The notes under the pieces are model-generated. The model made no database searches, was not told the origin of the DNA, and was given only the letters and a program-made list of their open reading frames with translations. 64,000 bases of DNA from Octopus sinensis (Eukaryota), in NCBI RefSeq assembly GCF_006345805.1, contig NC_043000.1:153698001-153762000 (forward strand), read 5' to 3'. Within the stretch, counting starts at the first letter, position 1. The number at the start of each line of letters is the position of its first letter. Both the position numbers and the translations under genes were made by a program. Positions 36,374 through 49,990 of this stretch are shown here, one piece after another.

Positions 36374-36380
<7 letters not shown>
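36261..36380. repeat. Perfect 56-bp inverted repeat with 8-nt loop
   Basis: Arms 36261-36316 and 36325-36380. Confidence 0.92.
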
Positions 36381-36426
<46 letters not shown>

Positions 36427-37082
36427 TATATATATATACTTATATGTGCCTATACATAAAATAGATACATGTATATATGCGCTGCTGTATACATACATAT
36501 ATACATGTATGTGTGCCTGTGTCTGAGTTTGAACGTGTGTGAGTTCTCTTCTATTTTTAATCATTTGAAACCTTCCTGTTAGGAAAGGCAGTGGTTTCTA
36601 ACAAAAATTTAAAGTTCTATCATTGGGACGTATATAACAAAACAAAGATCACATGTTGAACTTGAGAAAAGTTGCACATATTTTTACCGTTCCGCTTACA
36701 AATTGTATTTGTAATGTGCTTGTTAGCTGGTTGATTATTTTGTTACAGAAAACCTTAGCTTTTCTAGATTGTCACTTAGGTATATACTCACAAAACCGAA
36801 TACACCAATTATATTTCATACAAACTGTGTTCAGAAACAAACAAGACTAGTTTGAGAAGCAACCTCTGGGTGCAAACAATCAGCACTGGAAATATACGTG
36901 GTGTTGATTCTACAAGAATTATTCGGCGTTTTCTTTATAGTCCATGCTTCTTTATTATACACAGGTTTCAAGGAACATTGACAAGACACTTGAAATAAAG
37001 AATACAAAGCAAGAAATCAGAGTGTATATATATAAATGTACATATATTATATTATATTATATTATATTATATTACATTATAT

Positions 37083-37148
<66 letters not shown>

Positions 37149-37150
37149 CT

Positions 37151-37341
37151 CATCCAAACATGAACAAAGAGAAAACACAATGCGAGGACGTGGAACAAGT
37201 ATAGTGTTATTGGACGCTCAGAAAAGGAAAGAATGAAGGAGGATTTAACGTTTCGAGCGGAGCACTTCCTCAGAAACATAGAAAAAGAAAAGCTCTAAGG
37301 AAGGGAAGACTGAGAAAGAAAATCGCCAACGATACACACGT
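37151..37341 (-). mobile_element. Penelope-like pLTR remnant with degenerate hammerhead
   Basis: Homolog of 5041-5250; core CUGAGGA..GAAA; flanked by (TA)n. Confidence 0.7.
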
Positions 37342-37352
37342 TATCATATATA

Positions 37353-37412
<60 letters not shown>

Positions 37413-38231
37413 CAACATATATATGTATGTGTGTATGTATGTATGTATGCATAATATATGTATGTATATATGTTTGTATTCCACTGGTTATCCGTATTTG
37501 TATTATTTACAAATTAATCAAGGTCAACTCAAACACCTTTGTCTATTTCTTCTATTTCTATTTGTGTATAATGGAGTCGTTTTGGTAAAGCATTGAGTGG
37601 TATTATTTTAAAGAGATTTGTTGTGCAAAGCCGGAACAGGGCGTGAGGGTGCAAAGTAAACTACGAAAGACCTCTCAGGGCCTATGTGGTATACGAAGTA
37701 GTGTGCAGTAAATGGGAGATATCCAGAAAATTGGGTATCCAAATAAAAGTACATATGCACTCAGATACTTCAATAACAAAGACACCTAAAGAAATGCGAG
37801 ATTAATGATTTTTAAGGTATCCATCAGGGCCACTCAGCGCAACAGAGGTAATCTCCCAATCAGGAAATTCCTGACCAGCAAATTGAGACTAGGGAACTAC
37901 ATGAAGCACACTGGTTACGATAACAACACCAGACTGCACATGTCGGCTTCTTCTTTCCTCTTCCTACCTTCTTTCTCTCGCGCTTATCTCAGCAACGACT
38001 TTTCCATCCGTCCCATTTTTTTATCCAAATGTTCTGAAAAAGAGGGTATAACCCTGAGGTATAGAAATACGAGGTAAAAATGCAATTTGTCTTTTTGTTC
38101 ATTCTTTTCCTGTTTCCTCTTTTGCAGTTTACGTTGTACCTTCTCGCGTTGTCCGGATTTACACGACAAATCTCTATAGTATATATATATATATGTGTGT
38201 GTGTGTATGTGTGTGTGGTGTGTGTGTGTGT

Positions 38232-38269
<38 letters not shown>

Positions 38270-38295
38270 TACTAGTAACTAGTAATATTAGGGGC

Positions 38296-38570
38296 GATCA
38301 AAGCATGAACTGTGCAGGCAAGTTTAGTAAGTTATATATATATATATATAAACAATTGCAGCGTGGAAAGTGTTAAGAAACACACAAAAACCGTTAGATC
38401 CACTTCAACATTTAAATTTAATTTGCCAAATTAAATTAAAATGTTGAAGTGGATCTAACGGTTTTTGTGTGTTTCTTAAATGGCTTATAAACACCTTCTA
38501 CGCTGCAATTGTTTTCGTTCCAGTACAAAATCTCAGATCAGGTTACTTGCTATGCAAGTACATCTCTCTC

Positions 38571-38631
<61 letters not shown>

Positions 38632-38700
38632 ATATATGTATGTATCTATATGTATATGTATAACTTACTAAACTCGCCTGCTCGGTTCATGCTTTCGATC
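38296..38700. repeat. Nested inverted repeats
   Basis: Outer ~42-bp arms 38296-38340 / 38659-38700; inner ~75-bp hairpin 38350-38514 with 3-nt loop. Confidence 0.8.
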
Positions 38701-39067
38701 ATATATAATATGGCATGATATAATTATGGTGCTGTAAAGCACCAGCTTCGCTAGAAATAGGAATCACAGAAAAAGGAGTGTAAAAAGAAAACCAAAATCA
38801 CATACGGTTCACTTAAAACAAGCATGGTGAATGGTGGACGCCGAATAAAACTTATGGGTCATACATCTGCGATCATCGCAAAAGGAATGGCAGATAACTA
38901 AGAATCCATTTCTGAATTTGCGCTAGGGGGCACTTGTCCTTCTTCAGTCAAGTCTACTGCAAACAAAGACAAAATTTAAAATATATTCGCCTAACCATAC
39001 TTGCTTGTTCGTGCGATGGTTGAAGGCACATTCCGAAGCGGACTAAGCGATAATTTATACATATATA

Positions 39068-39107
<40 letters not shown>

Positions 39108-39351
39108 TAAGGGTAGAAATTGATATTAGTCAATTAAAACCAGTGGTCTAGCACATAAAAAGAATCCGAAGATTAAAATATTTATATATAACCAATTAAG
39201 GACTGAGCACGAAAAGGTGGGCAGTCCAACATGCTAGATATAGACGTCAAATCGCCATTCTCCACAAGGATTAAGTTCTCAAATAAAAATAAAATTCAGC
39301 ACGACCTAAAGCAATGGATGAGACAAAAAAAATACTAAGTGGAATAATTAC

Positions 39352-39411
39352 CTACGTACTGCAGTTTCAGCTATTAATATCACAAGGATATCTGTAGCTT
39401 CATCAGCGTAG
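39352..39411 (-). ncRNA. Type I hammerhead ribozyme (minus-strand copy)
   Basis: Reverse complement of 39942-40001. Confidence 0.85.
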
Positions 39412-39941
39412 TCTGTTATGAGCATAATATGCTGTACTAGATGAAAAACGGTACCGAAGTCCCGCATGCAAAAAGTACAACCTATTACGTTCGGATGTAT
39501 CTTTCGAATGCCTCTACTTTTGGCGCGCTGATAATCGAAAAACTAGCCTGCAGCCAATAATTAGCAGCAGTCAATTTATCGGTTTGAGAACATATATTTC
39601 TATACGTCTATATCTAGCATGTTGACTGCCCACCTTTTCGTGCTCAGTCCTTAATTGGTATATATAAATATTTTAATCTTCGGATTCTTTTTAATGTGCT
39701 AGACCACTGGTTTTAATTGACTAATATCAATTTCTACCCTTAATTTTTAAATATGAAATATATGTTCTCAAACCGATAATTGACTGCTGCTAATTATTGG
39801 CTGCAGGCTAGTTTTTCGATTATCAGCGCGCCAAAAGTAGAGGCATTCGAAAGATACATCCGAACGTAATAGGTTGTACTTTTGCATGCGGGACTTCGGT
39901 ACCGTTTTTCATCTAGTACAGCATATTATGCTCATAACAGA

Positions 39942-40001
39942 CTACGCTGATGAAGCTACAGATATCCTTGTGATATTAATAGCTGAAACTGCAGTACGTA
40001 G
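39942..40001 (+). ncRNA. Type I hammerhead ribozyme
   Basis: Stem I CUACG/CGUAG; CUGAUGA at 39947-39953; stem II AGCUA/UAGCU; GAAA at 39985-39988; stem III AC-UGCA-GU with palindromic loop; predicted cleavage after GUA at 39996. Confidence 0.85.
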
Positions 40002-40381
40002 GTAATTATTCCACTTAGTATTTTTTTTTTTGTCTCATCCATTGCTTTAGGTCGTGCTGAATTTTATTTTTATTTGAGAACTTAATCCTTTGGAGAATGG
40101 CGATTTGACGTCTATATCTAGCATGTTGACTGCCCACCTTTTCGTGCTCAGTCCTTAATTGGTATATATATATATATATATATATAAAGTAGAAGGAATA
40201 GCTAAGATTTTTTGACTGCTATTTCTAAACTTCGGTGTGTGGTGAAGCTAATCGTTGCTGAACCCTAAATATATAGTATTACTTAAACTTACCATAAAAT
40301 GGTCTTTTTCATGCCGAACTCTACTTGGTGAAATTACTGATTACTTCTTAATTAATTAATTTCACCCTTAGTTATTATTAT

Positions 40382-40421
<40 letters not shown>

Positions 40422-40426
40422 TGGAA

Positions 40427-40493
<67 letters not shown>

Positions 40494-40508
40494 TAGATAG
40501 ATAGATAA
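40427..40508. repeat. (GATA)n microsatellite
   Basis: Direct reading. Confidence 0.95.
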
Positions 40509-41414
40509 ATGGCGTTAAACGCGGGTGTTATTTAATGTAATCTTATTTATTTGTTTCTGATTTTTTCTTTCCTTTACCTTTCCTCTTTCTATAGGCTACC
40601 TTTGAGGTTATATCCTGTAACGTATTTTAAAAAAAATTAATAGCGTTCAGTTCATCAACATCCATCATATTCTGTTAAAATGTCTCATTGACGAGTTTTA
40701 TTTCCTCATTTCCCTGAAGAGAAGATTACATTGTTTTACACCAGGAAAATATAATGAATTGCGCTATCCAAAATACACTTTATCCGTTAAGCCGCAGGGA
40801 TAAGAGAATGTAGTCATTGTTGTACAACAAAATAGATTGCCAGGGCTGGAAGGCTTTTATCGTAGTTCCATTGAAAGAGCCTTAACCTATAACTAAATAA
40901 CATCAACAGCAAAATCAGGAATTTTAAAGGGTTCAACCCAACAAGAAATCCTCAAAATCAATAAATCCCAAACGTTGCTCGCTCGCCCTTTTATCTAACG
41001 TATTTCGTCGTTGATTTATTAACTCCAAGTCAAAAATATACACTAAATAATTGTTATAAATCAAATCTCAAATCACTGCCTAAGCGATATCTTTAAGATA
41101 GTGAGTTAGCACCAGTATTCAAATAAAATAGAAAATGAAAAATATGAATTATAAATATACAGTGTACAATTGCTCTACTCGCTCGCATTATAATCTTGGA
41201 GAATATTGCACTACTTAGCAATTTACATTGTTCTGTGGTATTATATTTGATATATTAATATTTCTCTATGCACACATACATACAAAACGCTTGCGCTTAT
41301 ATACGTATTTACTTCTATATATAAACACGGGGATGCCTATATTCATATGTATGTATACACTTTTGGACATATACATCCCATGCATGCTTATATATTTAAA
41401 TACGAACACACACA

Positions 41415-44400
41415 CTCACACACATGCATATGTATATAGGTATGTGTTGATATACGTAGGTGTGTATACACTGCACACACACATGCATCTGTATATAGGC
41501 ATGTGTTAATATACGTAGGTGTGTATACACTGCACACAAACATGCATATGTATATAGGCATGTGTTGATGTACGTAGGTGTGTATACACTGCACACACAC
41601 ATGCATATGTATATAGGCATGTGTTGATATACGTAGGTGTGTATACACTGCACACACACATACATATGTATATAGGCATGTGTTGATATACGTAGGTGTG
41701 TATACACTGCACACACGCATGCATATGTATATAGGCATGTGTTGATATACGTAGGTGTGTATACACTGCACACACACATGCATATGTATATAGGCATTGT
41801 TGATATACGTAGGTGTGTATACACTGCACACACACATGATATTATATAGGCAGTGTTGATATACGAGGTGTGTATACACTGCACACACACATGCATATGT
41901 ATATAGGCATGTGGTGATATACGTAGGTGTGTATACATGCACACACGCATGCATATGTATATAGGCATGTGTTGAGATACGTAGGTGTGTATACACTGCA
42001 CACACACATGCATATGTATATAGGCATGTGTTGATATACGTAGGTGTGTATACACTGCACACACGCATGCATATGTATATAGGCATGTGTTGATATACGT
42101 AGGTGTGTATACACTGCACACACACATGCATATGTATATAGGCATGTGTTGATATACGTAGGTGTGTATACACTGCACACACATGCATATGTATATAGGC
42201 ATGTGTTGATATACGTAGTGTGTATACACTGCACACACACATGCATATGTATATAGGCATGTGTTGATATACGTAGGTGTGTATACACTGCACACACACA
42301 TGCATATGTATATAGGCATGTGTTGATATACGTAGGTGTGTATACACTGCACACACACATGCATATTGTATATAGGCATGTGTTGATACTAGGTGTGTAT
42401 ACACACTGCACACACACATGCTATGTATATAGGCATGTGTTGATATACGTAGGTGTGTATACACTGCACCACACACATGCATATGTATATAGGCATGTGT
42501 TGATATACGTAGTGTGTATACACTGCACACACCACATGCATATGTATATAGGCATGTGTTGATATACGTAGGTGTGTATACACTGTACACACACATGCAT
42601 ATGTATATAGGCATGTGTTATATACGTAGGTGTGTATACACTGCACACAGCATGCATATGTATATAGGCATGTGTTAATATACGTAGGTGTGTATACCTG
42701 CACACACACATGCATACTATATAGGCATGTGTTAATATACGTAGGTGTGTATACACTGCACACACACATGCATACGTATATAGGCATGTGTTGATATACG
42801 TAGGTGTGTATACACTGCACACACACATGCATATGTATATAGGCATGTGTTGATATACGTAGGTGTGTATACACTGCACACACACATGCATATGTATATA
42901 GGCATGTGTTGATATACGTAGGTGTGTATACACTGCACACACACATGCATATGTATATAGGCATGTGTTAATATACGTAGGTGTGTATACACTGCACACA
43001 CACATGCATATGTATATAGGCATGTGTTGATATACGTAGGTGTGTATACACTGCACACACACATGCATATGTATATAGGCATGTGTTGATATCGTAGGTG
43101 TGTATACACTGCACACACACATGCATATGTATATAGCATGTGTTAAGATATCGTAGGTGTGTATACACTGCACACACACATGCATATGTATATAGGCATG
43201 TGTTGATATACGTAGGTGTGTATACACACTGCCACACACATGCATATGTATATAGGCATGTTGTTAAATATACGTAGGTGTGTATACACTGCCCACACAC
43301 ATGCATATGTATATAGGCATGTGTTGATATACGTAGGTGTGTATACACTGCACACACACATGCATATGTATATAGGCATGTGTTAATTCGTAGGTGTGTA
43401 TACACTGCACCACACACATGCATATGTATATAGGCATGTGTTAATATACGTAGGTGTGTATACACTGCACACACACATGCTATGTATATAGGCATGTGTT
43501 AATATACGTAGTGTGTATACACTGCACACACAATGCATATGTATATAGGCATGTGTTAATATCGTAGTGTGTATAACACTGCACACACACATGCATATGT
43601 ATAGGCATGTGTTCATATATACGTAGGTGTGTATACACTCCACACACACATGCATATGTATATAGGCATGTGTTGATATACGTAGGTGTGTATACACTGC
43701 ACACACCATGCATATGTATATAGGCATGTGTTCATATACGTAGGTGTGTATACACTGCACACACACATGCATATGTATATAGGCATGTGTTGATATACGT
43801 AGGTGTGTATACACTGCACAACACATGCATATGTATATAGGCATGTGTTAATATACGTAGGTGTGTATACACTGCACACACACATGCATATGTATATAGG
43901 CATGTGTTGTTATACGTAGGTGTGTATACACTGCACACACACATGCATATGTATATAGGCATGTGTTAATATACGTAGGTGTGTATACACTGCACACACA
44001 CATGCATATGTATATAGGCATGTGTTAATATACGTAGGTGTGTATACACTGCACACACACATGCATATGTATATAGGCATGTGTTGATATACGTAGGTGT
44101 GTATACACTGCACACACACATGCATATGTATATAGGCATGTGTTGATATACGTAGGTGTGTATACACTGCACACACACATGCATATGTATATAGGCATGT
44201 GTTGATATACGTAGGTGTGTATACACTGCACACACACATGCATATGTATAGGCATGTGTTGATATACGTAGGTGTGTATACACTGCACACACACATGCAT
44301 ATGTATATAGGCATGTGTTGATATACGTAGGTGTGTATACACTGCACACCACATGCATATGTATATAGGCATGTGTTATATACGTAGGTGTGTATACACT

Positions 44401-44713
44401 GCACACACCACATGCATATGTATATAGGCATGTGTTGATATACGTAGGTGTGTATACACTGCACACACACATGCATATGTATATAGGCATGTGTTAATGT
44501 ACGTAGGTGTGTATACACTGCACACACACATGCATATGTATATAGGCATGTGTTGATATACGTAGGTGTGTATACACTGCACACACACATGCATATGTAT
44601 ATAGGCATGTGTTAATATACGTAGGTGTGTATACACTGCACACACACATGCATATGTATATAGGCATGTGTTAATATACGTAGGTGTGTATACACTACAC
44701 ACACACATGCATA
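41415..44713. repeat. 59-bp tandem satellite, about 56 copies
   Basis: Unit GCACACACACATGCATATGTATATAGGCATGTGTTGATATACGTAGGTGTGTATACACT; 1-nt phase shift per 60-nt line confirms period 59. Confidence 0.97.
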
Positions 44714-44819
44714 AATGTATGTGATGGAATAAGGAAAGATTTTGAATGTGCTTCGATATATATGCGTGTATGTTTCAACATCTGCAACTGAAAAAGAAAG
44801 AGTGTATATATCGTATATC

Positions 44820-45125
44820 ACGTGATCACGTTACCGACCAGACCATCAGATACTGTTACACATCGCTGGTCACAATGCGTTCGCATTATTTTAGCCTTCG
44901 AACGACGCCACCCCGCTGGCTAAGCGAGCAGGCCAACAGAAGAAAGAGTGGGAGAAAGAGTGGTGAAAGAGTACAGCAGGGATCACCACCCCCTGCCGGA
45001 GCCTCGTGGAGCTTTTAGGTGTTTTCGTTCAATAAACACACACAACGCCTGGTCTGGGAATCGAAACCACGATCCTCTGACCACGAGTCCGGTGCCCTAA
45101 CCACTGAGCCATTGCACCTCCACAT
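44820..45125 (-). mobile_element. tRNA-derived SINE, same family as 47826-48115
   Basis: Head as the 16.9-kb copy; tail GGCCTGCTCGCTTAGCCAGCGGGG..GGTCGGT.ACG. Confidence 0.82.
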
Positions 45126-45411
45126 ATCGTATATACGTACATGTAATTGGCAGGCATGGACAGGCTGAAACTGCTTTCTTCTAATAAATTTATGAATACA
45201 TATGCGTATGCATATATGTACGTATATATATATGTATGTATGTATGTTTGTAAGTATGTATGTATGCACGCATGCATGTATGTATGTATATATGTAAGTA
45301 ATTAGGTACATACGTACTAAGTAGGTAGGAAATATGTATCGCTTATGTAACTCACAAAATATGTTTACTTACATTGAGAATATTTAACAAAGTTGAAAAA
45401 TTTGTGCACAG

Positions 45412-45970
45412 TCGCAGGAGTGGCTGTGTGGTAAGTAGCTTGCTAACCAACCACATGGTTCCGGGCCGACCAATGCCTTATGAGTGGATTTGGATGACGG
45501 AAACTGAAAGAAGCCTGTCGTATATATGTACGCCGGGCGAAATGCGTAGCCGTATTTCGTATGCCGTTATGTTCTGAGTTCAAATTCCGCCGAGGTCGAC
45601 TTTGCCTTTCATCCTTTCGGGGTCGATTAAATAAGTACCAGTTATGCACTGGGGTCGATATAATCAACTTAATACATATGTCTGTCCTTGTTTGTCCCCT
45701 CTGTGTTTAACCCCTTGTGGGTAGTAAAGAAACATATATATATATGTATGTGTGCTTGTGTGTCTGTGTTTGTCCCGCTATCATTGCTTGACAACCGATG
45801 CTGGTGTGTTTACGTCCCCGTCACCTAGCGGTTCGGCAAAAAGAGACTGATAGAATAAGTACTGGACTTACAAAAAATAAGTCCCGGGGTCGATTTGCTC
45901 GACTAAAGGCGGTGCTCCAGCATGGCCGCAGTCAAATGACTGAAACAAGTAAAAGAGTAAAAGAGTAAAG
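45412..45970 (+). mobile_element. OK-like SINE (internal deletion) with a type A OR-like SINE nested in its TA tract (45532-45735)
   Basis: OK 5' part, 5'-truncated OR ending AAAGAAACAT, then OK 3' part. Confidence 0.8.
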
Positions 45971-46544
45971 AGAGTCGTATAGTTACGTCAGTGTTTGTTT
46001 AATAGTGTCTACATATTTCTTGTAGATGTAAATATGAGCGTGCGAGCGAGAAAAGCCAATGGTACTAAGATGAACGATATTAGTAGTAGCAGGAATATGA
46101 AAACTTAGGAGCCAAAGCTGGAAGTCTTTATTCTGTGATTCGACTTAATAAAAACAACAGTCATATTTTCTTCAAATCCTTTGCTATCTTGTTCAAAGCG
46201 CAATTGTCAAACCACTGAAATAATGCTTTTGATCAGAGCCCTGCCACTCAGTGTTAAATAAGAAAATCTAAACGATTACAGGGTAATCACTACAACGTAC
46301 ATGATCAGACAGTATGCAGTATCATAAATGCAGTACACAAGATCAAACACGGGGTACTTCAGGCCAATAACACGACAGCAGTAACAGTTATATCCAAGTA
46401 ACTCGTACCTACATTATGTCATTCTTATAAGACACTTCCCAATTTCCTATCACCGTCAGATTTATGAGCGAGGCAGTACTAATTCATGCTTATCCATGCG
46501 GAGATACACATCATTAGAAAACTTAACTGAAAACTCAACTATTA

Positions 46545-46740
46545 ATAAGATATAAATTCCTGGCTTTGGATAAAAGAAAATACAGGTGCATCAGTTAATT
46601 ATAACTTTATTCAACATATTCCCTTCTCAGATTCACACACTTAGTGCAGCAGCCCTTCAGTTTTTCTAAGCCCTGTAAAAGAACTCGTCCAACAAGGCCT
46701 TTCACGATATCCTTAAAGCTAGGAACTTTTCAACAAGTTT
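46545..46740. mobile_element. Degenerate mariner-type MITE
   Basis: Homolog of 8502-8722. Confidence 0.65.
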
Positions 46741-47034
46741 TAAAAGAGACTTGGATATATTTCCATAACCATAATCTTTCCAAGTTTCAAGTCAAATATG
46801 GTCTTATATGTAATGAAATCCTGAAAAGATTCACATAGGAAAGTCATAAATGCTTCTGACTTAGGCAGGAAGAAGGAAAGACGGAAATTGAACACAGACC
46901 GTTGAGAACAGAAATAATTGCCGCAATGTATTTTCCGACGTTCCCTCGCCTCTACTAGGTTGCCATACTAACGTAGCAAGAAAATAAAGAATATATTATT
47001 TGTTAGTGCTAATAATAAATAAATGCGCCCTATT

Positions 47035-47255
47035 TAAAGCCTAGCCAGGCTCATGGACCCGGTTTCTCGGTTTCTATGGTGTATGTGTTCCCCAGCTGGA
47101 CGGGACGCCAGTCCATCGCAGCATTACTCATTTTTGTCAACTGAGTGAAATGAAGTGTTTTGCTCAAGAACACAACGCGTCGCCAGGTCCAGAATCGAAA
47201 CCACAATCTTGCGATCATGGTGCTGACACCCTAACCACTATGCCACGCGCCTCCA
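47035..47255 (-). mobile_element. tRNA-derived SINE with V-domain-like core
   Basis: Head GGCGCGTGGCATAGTGGTTAGGG; CTTGAGCAAAACAC core; CTGCGATGGACTGGCGTCCCGTCCAG motif. Confidence 0.65.
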
Positions 47256-47647
47256 CATTTGTTAGTGTTATATAGTAAAATACACTAAAACCATGTACTT
47301 TGACAACAGGTTTACACGCTTCTTGATATTATACATACACACAAACACACGAACACCCGTATACACAAGCTTACATATGTGTATGTGTGTGTATGCGCAT
47401 GTGTGTTTGTGTGTGTGTTTAAGTCAGCTAATAAAGGAGTGTTACTCCTACAAATGATGCAGAATACTCTCTGTCTTATAAAATCTGTACTAGAATATAT
47501 TATTTGCTTCAGGGGTACACGATACATATAATCTCTATAGCTAGCCGCCGAACACCTCATTCATCTTTCTTTAATCATCCTAATGTAGTACGTACTTTTC
47601 TTCACTCACTCAGATACATACGTATGTGTATGTATATATATTATGTG

Positions 47648-47695
<48 letters not shown>

Positions 47696-47752
47696 ATATA
47701 TATACATACATATACCTATATATATATATATAGGTATATACATACATATACC

Positions 47753-47815
<63 letters not shown>

Positions 47816-47825
47816 GTATGTATGT

Positions 47826-48115
47826 GGAGGCGCAATGGCCCAGTGGTTAGGGCAGCGGACTCGCGGTTTCGATTCCCAGACCGGGCGTTTTATGTGTTTA
47901 TTGAGCGACAACACCTAAAAGCTCCACGAGCCTCCGGCAGGGAGTGGTGGCAACCCCTGCTGTACTCTTTCACTACTCTTTCTCTCACTCTTTCTTCTGT
48001 TGGCCTGCTCGCTTAGCCAGCGGGGTGGCGTCATTCTAAGGCTAAAACAATGCGAACGCATTGTGACCAGCGATGTGTAACAACATCTGATAGCCTGGTC
48101 GGTCACGGTGACGGT
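47826..48115 (+). mobile_element. tRNA-derived SINE
   Basis: Same head, core and tail as 44820-45125. Confidence 0.82.
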
Positions 48116-48444
48116 GATATATTATGTATATATGTATGTATTCATGCTTGGTGTTACACTTACGATCTAGCGATCGTGATTTCAATTCCAAGACCGGGTG
48201 GTGCGTTGAGTTCTTGAGCCAAACAATTCATATCATGTTACGCTGCGATCATTCCGACACCCGACATATGATACACCGGGCACCTGTTCAAACAACATCA
48301 ATTTGATTGAGAGAATGAGTTAATGAGCGGCACGAACACTTGATCTCTATAAACAAATCATTTGTGCAGATCGCTCAGCAAAAGCTGAACTCTTGTTCAT
48401 CGTCTTTGACGGAAGAGTCCATCATATATATATATATATATATA

Positions 48445-48645
48445 TGTGACCTCGTGTGTACCGTTGGCGATTTTTTTTCCTCTGTCTTTCCTTCTCTGGA
48501 TCTTTCCTTCTCTTATGTTTCCGACGAAGAGCTCCACTCGAAACATTAAACCCTCCTTCTTTCCTTCTTTCCTGAGCATCCAATAATACTATATTTGTTC
48601 CACGTCCTCGCGTTGTTGTGTTTTTTTGTGCCTTCTTGTTTTGAT

Positions 48646-48648
<3 letters not shown>
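48445..48648 (+). mobile_element. Penelope-like pLTR remnant with degenerate hammerhead
   Basis: Reverse-orientation homolog of 5041-5250; core CCGACGA..GAAAC; (TA)n flanks. Confidence 0.7.
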
Positions 48649-48690
<42 letters not shown>

Positions 48691-49189
48691 ATATATATAT
48701 ATAATATATATATATATATATGTATGTATGTATGTATGTATTTATGTATGTATGTATATAAATATTGAATCAAGTGAATTGTCTGAATACTCTAATGAAA
48801 ATAAGTTTTCATGACTGACGTAACGGTGGATAAGTTCGCTTCACAAATTTTGGATCAAATTTTGATGCTACAGTAATTATGGTCAAATCATTTGCTTTTG
48901 TTTACCCTATCATGAGGTTTCCCCCAAAAGCATTGTGATTATAATTCGCGACTCAGAAGGTCTTTGGAAACTTGCTGCGTGGACAGTCCTGTAAAACAAG
49001 CGCCAAGCTTTGTCTCGAACTGACATGTTGAAGGGTCTCTGTAATATTTACGCACTCACGCGTTAATTTCGAAACCAACATAGAATTATTCACACACACA
49101 CACACACACGACACATCTTTTCTCTAATGTCTGTCTCTATCTTTCATTCATTGACTTTCGGTGTGTATATCTTTCTCTTCATCAATCTG

Positions 49190-49234
<45 letters not shown>

Positions 49235-49944
49235 GTTTGTTGTGCGGTTATATGTGTGTATCTCTGTACGTCTATATTCGTGTGCCTGCATATGTGTCTG
49301 TTTCTGTGTGTGTTTGATATTGTTCCCTTGTTTGTATACACACATGCATACAACATAGATATGTATAAACAAATACCAAAGCAAATATGCATATTCACAC
49401 ATGTACACGCACACACACATTTCTATGTGTGAATCTAAATACATTTTTCGGTGTATGTGTGAGGGAGTAAATCTATGTGTCTAGATGTGTGTACATAACA
49501 AACATACAGTACCTCCACCTACCAACCCTGTACGACAAAAATATGTTTAAAAAACAACAAAAAGGTAAGAAAGTTTTAGCATTAGTCTAAATTTAGCTGG
49601 GAGAATTGTTACTAAAATTGTCTTCTCTATTTTCAGTGTTTGTTGAGTCAGAATTTTCCGGTTCAGCACCAGCAGATGGACTTGACAAATATTGTTCCAT
49701 ACCTCAACACACTTGCTCTACTTCGAGCAAACAATTGCACTCTTTCACAACAAATATAAAAATTCCAAGGTCATATTTGGACGACAAATTCTACAATTTT
49801 GTTTATTGTTTACATTTCGGCACTCAAAACATTTGTGTTTGTGTTGCTGTGTGAAGGAGTATTTGTGTATATGATGTGTTTGTGCGTTTTTTTTCTGTTC
49901 CCATGCGAATGTGTGCAGATTCTTCCGTATAGTTAAGCGTGCTA

Positions 49945-49956
49945 TACATACATACA

Positions 49957-49990
<34 letters not shown>

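Larger units (their letters stand above)
39101..40170. mobile_element. ORF-less Penelope-like/retrozyme-like element: ~504-bp unit with inverted copy
   Basis: Layout A-B | rc(A)-rc(B)-partial rc(A); direct repeat at 39604 and 40108; TA tracts at both ends; hammerhead in each arm. Confidence 0.8.

Noticed and set aside
38920-38933. CTCF-like motif GCGCTAGGGGGCAC
   Set aside because: A single short motif without supporting data; expected by chance at some rate and overlaps a candidate exon.
41388-44821. Many long Cys/His/Tyr-rich ORFs, and a superficial CRISPR-like periodicity
   Set aside because: They are translations of a stop-poor 59-bp satellite (period not divisible by 3); there are no unique spacers or cas genes, and the DNA is animal.
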